Origin: Zancudomyces culisetae HAW-14-8
Taxonomy: Eukaryota; Fungi; Kickxellomycota
Length of the DNA stretch: 64,000 nt
Reading direction: 5' to 3'
NCBI GenBank assembly: GCA_052426225.1
Contig: JBNJNM010000016.1
Coordinates: 1-64,000 of the forward strand
Position 1 is the first letter of the stretch. Each line of letters starts with the position of its first letter. This document shows, one piece after another, positions 21,383 to 32,090 of this stretch. The notes under the pieces are model-generated. The model saw only the letters and a list, made by a program, of their open reading frames with translations. It made no database searches and was not told the DNA's origin. The translations under genes and the position numbers were made by a program.

Positions 21383-22636
21383 CTATTCTCTCTCAAAAAT
21401 ACCACACATTCCCATTCCTGTACCCATACACATTGAAATTGCTCCTACTCTCTTGTTTTGTCGTTTAAGTTCGGTCAAAAGTGTTGATACCAATCTGGCT
21501 CCAGTACATCCCAATGGATGTCCAAATGCAATTGCTCCTCCCTTTGGATTCACTCTGTTTGGATCCAATCCAAGTTTCTCAATGCAGTACAATGCTTGTG
21601 ATGCAAATGCTTCATTAAGTTCAACAACGTCCAAGTCATTGATAGTGATTCCTGCCTTCTTAACTGCTTCTGGAATTGCATATGCTGGTCCAACTCCCAT
21701 AATACTTGGTGGTACACCTACCACAGCCGAGGTGATAAACTTACCAATGATTGGAAGTCCCAATTCTGTAGCCTTCTTACGCTTCATAAGCAATACTGCA
21801 GCTGCTCCATCTGATACTTGTGATGAGTTACCTGCTGTTGATGCACCATCTGGTTTGAAAGCTGGTTTCAATGAACCAAGGCTTTGAAGAGTGGCATCGT
21901 GGCGGATTCCATCATCCTCTGATACAATTACTTCCAATACATTACCCTTAGCATCCTTGACTTTTGTTTTTACAGGGAGGATTTCTTCTTTGAAAAGGCC
22001 GTTCTTTTGAGCATATGAGGCCTTCTGGTGAGATCTGAGAGCAAACTGGTCTTGCTTTTGACGGGAGACACCAAATTGGGTGGCAACGTTTTCTGAAGTG
22101 ATACCCATTGGAAGCAGGCAATCTCTAACAGCTGGTGTCTTCAACATCTCTTGGTCATAGTAGTTTTCAGCTCTCTTGTTATCACCAAAGCTTGCTGTCA
22201 TGCTTTCAGCTCCAGCTGCAACACCAATTTCAATAGTTCCATCTCTGATAGCTGCGGCTACCTGAGCAACTGCTTGCAAACCACTTGCACATTGTCTATT
22301 GAGTGCCATAACACCGGATGCTTCTGGATATCCAGCGTGCAACATAGCCATACGTGCTTGGGCTGCACCACCACCTGGTGGAAGAACATTTCCGACAACT
22401 ACATCGTCGATAAGAGCTGGGTCGATTCCGGACTTCTCAACAATGCCCTTCAAGACAACTGAGAGAAGATACTCGTGTGTAGTGTCTTTGAATCCACCGC
22501 GGCGGCCTCTGGTAATTGGTGTTCTGAGCGCGCTAACAATTACAACGTCCTCTGGGTTTTTGACACCAATTTGCACTGATTGCGAACCTGCTCCAGCGAA
22601 ATGCGATGTGATTTGGTCAAGTCTGTTTGAAGCCAT
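21383..22636 (-). CDS. POT1: Peroxisomal 3-ketoacyl-CoA thiolase
   Basis: PTS2 RLDQITSHF; NRQCASGL, ELNEAFA, GHPLG, CMGTGMG. Confidence 0.95.
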   Translation of the reverse strand: MASNRLDQITSHFAGAGSQSVQIGVKNPEDVVIVSALRTPITRGRRGGFKDTTHEYLLSVVLKGIVEKSGIDPALIDDVVVGNVLPPGGGAAQARMAMLHAGYPEASGVMALNRQCASGLQAVAQVAAAIRDGTIEIGVAAGAESMTASFGDNKRAENYYDQEMLKTPAVRDCLLPMGITSENVATQFGVSRQKQDQFALRSHQKASYAQKNGLFKEEILPVKTKVKDAKGNVLEVIVSEDDGIRHDATLQSLGSLKPAFKPDGASTAGNSSQVSDGAAAVLLMKRKKATELGLPIIGKFITSAVVGVPPSIMGVGPAYAIPEAVKKAGITINDLDVVELNEAFASQALYCIEKLGLDPNRVNPKGGAIAFGHPLGCTGARLVSTLLTELKRQNKRVGAISMCMGTGMGMCGIFERE

Positions 22637-24823
22637 TTTTCTCTTTTGTATGGTTTAGTATTCTCCTGCTGTTACAACAATGTAGTTTTAGTTTTATTAT
22701 GTTTACTGAAAATCAAAAGTAAAATTTTTTTGTACTTTGTAGGCGTTTTATATTTTAATAAAGAATTTCGAATATTAAAGTGCCAGCAATAAACTGTCCT
22801 TAAATGATTGTTTTTTATGCTTTTATTCTTTGCTGTTTCATGTAATTTGAACTGTGCTCATGAAAAAATCAATTTCAGCTTCGTTCATTTTATTTTTTGT
22901 GTGATGTTCACAAGCCAACATTAAAGGAAACCAATTTCACGCATCCAATGAGCAGGGCTAGTGGTACTCTGCATTTTTCATTCGCCAAAGCCATGAATAA
23001 GCAAGCTTTTTTTCTCCACTTTTTTGTGGTATGTTCTGAATTTCCTGCAATTGATTCTTTTTACTAGAACTAATGTCAAATTCCTAATTCCAGAATTTGC
23101 AAACAATGGCCAAATAAATTTTCACATGCGCATTTAATAATAATTATCTTGTAGCTTGTACTGATTCAGGATCTGTCTGTTTTATAATGGCAAATATAGT
23201 TTTGCAACACAGCTTTGGATTTGAAATAAAGTTGATAAGAATGTGAATGGTAGGGGTAATTGGTTATGTTATAGGAGCATCATTTGAAATTTAAAAAAAA
23301 CAGGACCTTGCTATTAATATTCTCTAGTAGTTAGCCCGTCTTGCTAGAGGCCCTAGATTCTTCGAAACAGTTGTAAACAAACTTGTAGCTAATGTACGCT
23401 TTCATATCAACCATAAACTATATGAATGTGTTATTTCAATATATTTAACAATTTCTAGAGGGGAAAATAAATAACCTTGATCATGACTTGGCTAACAGGC
23501 AATTTTGATTAAGGACCAAGTCGAAAACAGTGTAAACAGGCTCAATGGATAGGTAAATGAAGAATAACAGAATATCTTTGAATAAAGTGCGACGAATAGA
23601 AAAATGCCGTTGTTGGGCATACATAGAAGCTGGATTATCCGAACTTTCTGGGTACAGTATACGCTGCAACCTCAGTTAAATAAAATAGGACAGTGTTTAT
23701 TAGTTATTTAAAACTTCAAACCTACCATATAGGTTCGTATACACATGTTGCATAAAATATATTTGATAAGTAGGCATAAAGTAGTATCAGGAAAATTTGT
23801 AATGTGCATCAAACCCGAAAATTGTTGAAATTTTATATTGAAAGTAGCTAAATGAGCATATCTAAACCTTTTTAAACACATGCATTAGCCCCCCCCCTCC
23901 TCCCCTTCAGCATTGTACAAATATATATTTCTTGAAATAGTACTAGCATGAATACCGCTATAAATATCTCCGAAAAAGGATCATATGTATTTTGATAAAT
24001 AATAATGGTCTGGAAAACAGAAGCCCCCTATAAAGTGTTGGTATTTCGAACAACTTTAAATGTAAATTCACAAAAAGCTTGTCAATGTGACAAGTTTTAG
24101 TGTCTCGGAATTCTAGTATATTTGGATCACAAAGAATAGAAATTTGATATGAAATACTATAATATTACACAAATTAGTACAAGCAGACAGAACAGAAAAG
24201 GGGTTGTAGTACTTTAAAATATAATCACCCAAATTCGCCATAAATAATGGGGGAAGGAGCATCCGCTTAGATGTATGAGTTTCAAAAATATATAGCCTGA
24301 AATTTAATGTACTGAACCAGAATTCTCACTTGTTATGTTGTAACTATCTAATCGTATATATTATTAAACTTGTGTACTAAATAATATTGCACAGACTATC
24401 AACTTAAAGTGGGATTCAGTTCATGTGGTTTTAAATGTACTTTTTTATAGAGTCACTTTTCTAGCGCTAATAATAAATGAAATATTTGGTTGTAAAAAAG
24501 AAAAAAACAGACATACACATAAACATACCAGAGTATTCGTGATGTCCATTTCGTATATTTATTGCTAAGAGATGTAAAAAAAGCCATACCATGAAATATC
24601 GTACTTCATTAATGCGGAAAATTATGCTCCTCTCAATTTATATATATTATTAGACCCGAGTATTCGATATCAAAACAAACCACAAAAAAAAAAAGTTGAT
24701 GCCCCCAAACAAAGGTACTTGAAAATATGTATAAGTCTGAACATACGAGAAGCGACCATGTTAAATACATTATTAAATATATATATATATTAATTAATAA
24801 ACCTACGTTAAAAATACCTAAAG

Positions 24824-26082
24824 CTACTCCCTTTCTAAAATACCACACATTCCCCTTCCTGTACCCATACACATTGAAATTGCTCCTACTCTCTTATTTT
24901 GTCGTTTAAGTTCGGTCAAAAGTGTTGATACCAATCTGGCTCCAGTACATCCCAATGGATGTCCAAATGCAATTGCTCCTCCCTTTGGATTCACTCTGTT
25001 TGGATCCAATCCAAGTTTCTCAATGCAGTACAATGCTTGTGATGCAAATGCTTCATTAAGTTCAACAACGTCCAAGTCATTGATAGTGATTCCTGCCTTC
25101 TTAACTGCTTCTGGAATTGCATATGCTGGTCCAACTCCCATAATACTTGGTGGTACACCTACCACATGCCGAGGTGATAAACTTACCAATGATTGGAAGT
25201 CCCAATTCTGTAGCCTTCTTACGCTTCATAAGCAATACTGCAGCTGCTCCATCTGATACTTGTGATGAGTTACCTGCTGTTGATGCACCATCTGGTTTGA
25301 AAGCTGGTTTCAATGAACCAAGGCTTTGAAGAGTGGCATCGTGGCGGATTCCATCATCCTCTGATACAATTACTTCCAATACATTACCCTTAGCATCCTT
25401 GACTTTTGTTTTTACAGGGAGGATTTCTTCTTTGAAAAGGCCGTTCTTTTGAGCATATGAGGCCTTTCTGGTGAGATCTGAGAGCAAACTGGTCTTGCTT
25501 TTGACTGGGAGACACCGAATTGGGTGGCAACGTTTTCTGAAGTGATACCCATTGGCAGCAGGCAATCCTCTACCAATGGATTTTCTAGCGAGCTTTCGTC
25601 ACAATCTTCTCTCAATAGCTTGATTTTCTGAAAGTAACTGGTCATGCTTTCAACGCCAGCAGCTATTCCCACCTCTGTAGTTCCATCTCTGATTGCCGAA
25701 GCAAGCTGAGCAACTGCTTGCAAACCACTTGCACAATGCCTGTTTATTGAAACGACGCTTGCTGAATCGGGAATTCCGGCATGCAACATGGCCATGCGTC
25801 CCAAAGCTACACCACCTCCTAATGTGTTTACGGTACCTATAACAAGCTCAGTAATTATCTTTGGATCAATCCCAGCCTGTTCAATAACACCGCTTATGAT
25901 ACAGTAGAGCACAGACGTTCAACTTTTGTGTCTTTCAATCCACCCTTATATGCTCTTGTGATGGGTGTTCTGAGGGCAGAAACAATAACTACATCCTCAG
26001 GATTTTTAAACCCTATTATAGTTTTTTTTGTTTTTTTGTTTGCAAAATGCTCGGACAACTGATCCAGTCTCTGTGTGGCCAT
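24824..26082 (-). pseudogene. Tandem thiolase paralogue with four frameshifts (pseudogene or uncorrected sequencing errors)
   Basis: PTS2 RLDQLSEHF and NRHCASGL present. Frameshifts near 25900 (+2), 25506, 25465 and 25167 (+1 each). Span is 1259 nt versus 1254 nt for copy 1. 3' ~720 nt nearly identical to copy 1. Confidence 0.8.
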
Positions 26083-27507
26083 CTTGTCGTTTTAAACAGC
26101 AACTTGTTTTAATATGCTAATTTATACTCTTTGGTTGGGTCTTTTTGTTTTAACTAAACACGCCTTATAATTATATTTTATGTGTTGAAGAGATATGGTT
26201 TGTTTTTGTTTTTTTTTTTTGGAGTGGATGTATCGTTACTGGTACTCTGTCACCAACGGTTTTAATCTTATCTAAAAATGTATATAGTTGTATTGGTACA
26301 ACTAAAAACGATATTGATTAGTAACTATATATAAGCTTTTCAGGAGTATTTGAAATGCAAACACAAAAAATATATATAAAAGGAAAAGGCAAAAGGTAAA
26401 ACTGGGATATTTTTTGAAACCAGTTGGCGTGTTCATCAACTTGGGGGTTAGTTGTTTTAAAGGGGGCATTTATCGCCACGATTTTATCACCACTATTCTG
26501 TTCATGCTGGAAAACAATTATACAGAGTGAAACCAAATCGCACTCGTGAATAGTAAGTATTCTGCAATAATACTCTTGAAATTTTGGCCTAATGGATGGA
26601 AAAGAAGGGGGAAGGAGAGGTAAGGAGAGGAGGTAGGGTCATAAAATAAATTGTAATGTATTTTTGTTCAGTGAGCGTGCAAAAATTCCTACTTTCCAAA
26701 ACAGAACGCATAACGGATAAAAGAAAGAATAAATGAGAAAAGGTAGTGAAAAAGACAGTTGGGAGAGTTTCAAGGCACAATCACATTTACTTGGTAGATT
26801 TCACATGTGATATTAACACTTCCGTTTCATACCTGGGGGTTTTTTGTTGTTCAAATTAAGTGATAAAAGCGCGTAAACCAAAGCCTCATTCTAGCCTACT
26901 ACAAAGCCTATTGCCAAAATAAACACTCTTATAAGAATTTACTTGATACATTAGCATTTATTCGCAATATTTTATATGCCATTTTCATCCAAGTAGGTTG
27001 AAATATAAATTTTTGTTAAGCAAAGCTCTGGGGGTTCAGGTTAAAAACAGTAGATGCATGTATAAAACTGCAGATGCTTTTTTGTAGACTAGTTAGTGTT
27101 CAACAAACGACATGTATGAGGTTGTTGTGTTTATTCTGTCCCTCCTTTCAGCAAAAGTGTGCTCTATAAGTGTTGAGTTTTCTTACTGGTGGTTTGAAGC
27201 CAAGGAATAATGTAGACTCTGTAAAGAAGTCAGGGGTGTGTATGTAGTTAGCACCAGCTTTGTAAATCGTTCAGACAATATTGCTGCTGGTTTTACAGCG
27301 TCAAGTTATATCTCCAGTGTTCGAGCACCACCAAAAAATCGGTTTTGAAGTTGCAATCAATTTTCCAACACCATTCACTAAAATTTTTTTTCCTTCTGTT
27401 TTGTTATCCGATTTCGGAATGTTGTCAATTTGGGACTATTTTTTTCCCTAGATATATTAATTAGAAAAACACTAAAAAGTAGAAAAAGAGGCTGAAAAAA
27501 GGGCAAA

Positions 27508-28137
27508 ATGCATGGATTAACACAAAATGCCCGAGTAGCTAATAGAATCCTACAGAGAGAACTTATGAGAAAATGCGGTTTTAAAGATTTAGGGCGAACT
27601 CGCAGGCAAAGGCAGATAAGCTGTATGGTAATTCAGAGTCGAGAAGATTGTGTATTTCCTAATAGATATAACTGGAGTATAAAAGAAGAAGTCCTGGGAG
27701 TTATTAACATCAAAGATCAAGTAGGCAAATCTAAAGGCGAAGAAAACCCAGTGAGTGTTGACAAAATATTTGCAATGAGTGGACTTGTACAACTACCTAC
27801 AGGCACAAAGAAGGGAAATGGATTAATGGAAAAGCAATCCAGTACAGTGCAAGTAGGAAGCACTGCTGGTGCAGACCCAGATGCGTATAGTAGCGATATT
27901 ACCGATCTGATAAAGTTTGTAGAATACATAAAAGAGGTAGACTTGACAAATGTGGAGCCTCTTGAAAGCCTGAGCATGGACTGCCATGTTGAATTGCATG
28001 AGGCCGAATGCGATATAGACCAACAATTCAGTAGCCATAGCGTGGAAGAGGAGGTGGCAGGCACAGCATTGATGGATATGCTAACCGAAAACAGCAAAAG
28101 CAAGAGAGAGGGGAATTATTTTGTAGTAGAAACGTAA
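27508..28137 (+). CDS. Hypothetical protein, 209 aa
   Basis: ATG in aaaATG context, purine-rich coding-like composition, AnTn motif at ~27380; no family recognised. Confidence 0.6.
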   Translation: MHGLTQNARVANRILQRELMRKCGFKDLGRTRRQRQISCMVIQSREDCVFPNRYNWSIKEEVLGVINIKDQVGKSKGEENPVSVDKIFAMSGLVQLPTGTKKGNGLMEKQSSTVQVGSTAGADPDAYSSDITDLIKFVEYIKEVDLTNVEPLESLSMDCHVELHEAECDIDQQFSSHSVEEEVAGTALMDMLTENSKSKREGNYFVVET

Positions 28138-28282
28138 AGTGAAAATGTTTTGCAAATTGGTAATCAAAGTAGAATTGATCAAAAAAGAAAGAAATAAAAG
28201 ATAGACTTCTAGATACAAATATTGAACATACGTTTATAAAACTAATAACAAAAATAAAACAGAGGGGGGGGGAGGGGAGGAA

Positions 28283-29509
28283 TTACTGTTGGGCGCACTG
28301 GACGCCAGGACCACCGCGGTGTGGACCATCATCCTCATCCATATCGTCAGGGTTCTTTGAGTAGAAAGAGCGAGCGCGTGGGTCCATGTCTGACAGAACA
28401 ACCTCCTCAACGGAGTAGCCAGAAGGAACGCTGGGCAATGCGATTGGAGGAGGGAGGAGAGCGGCAAGCTTCTCCATGTTTTCTGGAGAAGTCCAGTTGC
28501 TTTGAGGGAAAACAACGTCGAATTTGACATAAAGACTTCCGGTTGGCTCGTGACGGTATCCAGGCATTCCTTGGCCGGTGATAGACTTCATTTCTTGGTG
28601 GGAAATAACTTCACCTGGAATGATATCGACAGCCAAGACACGCTTGTTGAGATGTTCAACATGGAAAGTTCCACCAGTCAAAGCAGTGACAAGGTTGATT
28701 TTAACCTCAGTAATCAAGTCATTTTCTCTTCGTTTGAAGCGAGGGTGAGGTTTTTCCTCAATGATAATCACAATATCACCAGGGATGGTGTTTGGAGCTT
28801 GGTCAGATTCTCTTTCAAAGACGATTCTCTGGCCATCGCGCATGCCAGGCTCGATAACTACATCCAACTGCTTGCGCTCAGTGATTACCTTGTCTCCATT
28901 GCATTCACGGCACTTGTCGCGTTCGTTGATGATTTCACCGGCACCACGACATACATGACACTGCTGCTGGATCTGTTGTAGCATTGGTCCAATCTGTCGA
29001 GTAATTATTCGTGAACCTGACCCTCCACAAGTACCACATGTTCTGACGGCTCCCTCTTTTCCTCCTTTTCCGTCACACTTCTTACATATCACTGCTCTTG
29101 TTACCTGGATCTTTGTAGTCTTTCCGCTGTACAACTCTTCAAGATTTACCTTCAGTGTGTGTGACATGTCTCTGCCCTTGCGTGGTCCGTGATTTGCTCT
29201 GCTATGTCCTCCTCCAAATACTCCTGCACCAAAGAATTGTGAGAACAAATCTTCGGCTGACATGCCTCCCTCTCCAGCATCTCCACTTAATCCTGCCTCT
29301 CCGAATCTGTCATATCTTTCTCTTTTGTCTTGATCTGACAATATTTCATATGCATGTGATATTTCCTTGAATTTTTCTGTAGACTCTGCGTCTGAGTTCT
29401 TGTCTGGATGATATTTAAGTGCCAGCTTTCTATATGCCTTCTTAATTTCTGTCAATTGAGCAGTTGGCGAAATCTCAAGCAAGTCGTACAATCTAGTTTC
29501 AACAGCCAT
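28283..29509 (-). CDS. YDJ1: Type I Hsp40/DnaJ co-chaperone
   Basis: J domain with HPD, G/F region, four CxxCxGxG-type repeats, C-terminal CaaX CAQQ. Confidence 0.96.
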   Translation of the reverse strand: MAVETRLYDLLEISPTAQLTEIKKAYRKLALKYHPDKNSDAESTEKFKEISHAYEILSDQDKRERYDRFGEAGLSGDAGEGGMSAEDLFSQFFGAGVFGGGHSRANHGPRKGRDMSHTLKVNLEELYSGKTTKIQVTRAVICKKCDGKGGKEGAVRTCGTCGGSGSRIITRQIGPMLQQIQQQCHVCRGAGEIINERDKCRECNGDKVITERKQLDVVIEPGMRDGQRIVFERESDQAPNTIPGDIVIIIEEKPHPRFKRRENDLITEVKINLVTALTGGTFHVEHLNKRVLAVDIIPGEVISHQEMKSITGQGMPGYRHEPTGSLYVKFDVVFPQSNWTSPENMEKLAALLPPPIALPSVPSGYSVEEVVLSDMDPRARSFYSKNPDDMDEDDGPHRGGPGVQCAQQ

Positions 29510-32090
29510 TTTTTTAATTTTCGTTCTTTTAATGTTCTTTCTTTTCTGATATACGTTCTACAAATAGCCGAAAACTCGTTAAGCAATTGAAAATACTAGT
29601 GTATTTAACTTGAAAGAAGTTTTTATCTGAACACTATGGAAAAGTTGAAAGAAAATTTTTTTTTTACTTTTGCTCTTTATATGTTTTGCGTTTTTTTTTT
29701 CTTTTGGTAATTCGCAACCTGTATTTACTCTAAACAATGGATATTGCTTTGGCAAAATGTGTTGTTTTTAAGATTTGTAATGAATATGGTAAAAAAAAAT
29801 TTTTTTAGCTAAAATTTCAAATTATTTGAAACTACCCCCATAGAAGGAATGAAAAAGAATTGTACATCAAAACGAATGATTAAATGTTCCATTCCCCTTG
29901 CACCCCCCAAGCTTTTCCTGAAAAATAGTGCAATTTACTCTGGTATTTAGCAAGTTGGCACAAAGCTTTAAGGATTGCTGAAAGATTTTGCCTACTTATT
30001 AGTGGAGTTAATAGCTGTAAATTATGAAGAGTAAAAGTTTGCACCAGGTCGTCGTGACTATGGTATATTTTGTTTACTCTCTTGTAATTTCTAGCTTTTG
30101 ATTATGAGCCTAGTGTTTTCTACTTATCAGCTTTCTGAACCTTATCCATGCATTATTGTTGTTCTTGATTTCGATTTTCTAATCATGCACAGAATAAAAG
30201 AAAGAGGTAGAAAACGGTGGAGAAGTTGGTGGTAGTCATGTGTTATGCCCTAAAATCACTGAACTGGGATGGCGAGAATAATTATTAATGCATTATTATC
30301 GCTGGCCGGCAATACTACTGTTACTGATGCTGTAAAGTGCTTTGTAGTTTGCATGCATTGGGCTTGTGGCATTTTCAATGCGGGAGGTTTCAGGTAACCA
30401 GTCCATAAGTTCATTGCTGCACCATGTGTTTCCTGACAAAGTTTACGGGGTTATGAAATCTGTAATTGCGCTTTTTTGTTGTAATAGAACAGTAAATGAT
30501 TTCTTTACTATTTCAAGATTTTGAGAAAATAAATGGCATTTTCCATTTGTTCCAGCCAATTAACAACGATTATTTTGAAGAATTTCCATTAGATTCTTTT
30601 GGTTTCCATTTCTTTATAAAAGCAAAAGATAAGTGATGATGAAAGATTATATAAATTTTAGAAAGTTGGTGTTTTCCAGAAAAAAAAAAGCAATAATAAA
30701 GCGAACCAATATTTTGTTCGTTTTTACCAATTTCGGCTATCTTTGCCACATTACACTGTGATTGGTGGAAGAATACAGTGAACAACCTAAAACCAATCCT
30801 TTGGCATTATAATTTGATCTTGTAGAAATGATAATTCCCTCATTTTTACTCGTGGTAAACTAAGGACAAAATATTGTTGTTCTAATTTTAGCTTAGAAAA
30901 GGGCCAGCTAGCAAAAAAAAGTCAAATATTGAGCTAGCAAAGGGTATAGAGCCGATTAGAGAGTATTCGGTAGGCTCAAACTTTTATGTAAATGACTACA
31001 TACACAAGCAAAAGGTCGTGGCTGTAGTGATATATCACTTTTAGAGCATTGCTCATCAAAATTGTTTCATAAAAAGTTGTTGTTTGGTTGCATACACCAT
31101 TGGTTTATGGGCGCAGAATTGAATGATTGCACATTTAATAATCGGGGTCATTCTGTTGTTTTTGTTCAATCTTCAAAAGGTGAACCTAGTCAACAGAAAG
31201 CAATATAGAAAGAACCCGCAAATGAAAATTATAATGTTTGGGTATAACAAACATCATTCTTTTGTATGCAAAAAAACAACAACAACACAAATGTCAATAA
31301 TGATATCAAAATAAATGAATATCTCCCTTTTGATATATACATTAGATTTGAAGATGGGAGACATATCAGCGGCAAATATGTTGATTATAAAATCTAAAGA
31401 TATGAGTTATAACATCACAAAAAAGGATTCTCTCTCTATCAAATAAATATACTCGATATAATGGGATTTGTATCGTTATTGATATTGATATTTTTATTGA
31501 TATCGGTTATGTATATACTCCCACAAGGGCCGCCTTCTATCTATCAACTTTAAATTTATAAATGAATCAGGATATAATTCAGTCATAACACCAAATCACC
31601 CTGAACCTCCTAACATTCTCAAAAACAGCCAAATAGAAAACAAGGTATTGAAAGAATGCAAAACCCGCGGTGTATAACATAATATAATGGGCAGTTTTGA
31701 TGATTGTACACCCATCTAAAAACTACAAAATGGTGTTTAAGATAAAGGGAGGGGGCGGAGGAGGCTCTAGTGGTAGTGATGTTGATTTTGGTATTTACTA
31801 GCTTTGATCATTCTTGGATCGGAAAAAAAATTTTTTTTTCCAGCAAACTCTTGACATTTAGAAAATTTTTTTTAGGCCAAATCAGATTGAAACCAGGGAA
31901 ATATTAAAAAAAATTTTTTTTTGTTTAGCAGTTTGTATATTCTAGTTGCAATTGAATGTGAAGGATTTCACGCCTGCTTACACTAAATAAATATATATTC
32001 ATACATAACTACATACATAATCTAAGGCTATAAAGCAGGAAAAAAAGAATATAGAAGATAGTAACATAAGGAAAGCAAAACAAAACAAGG

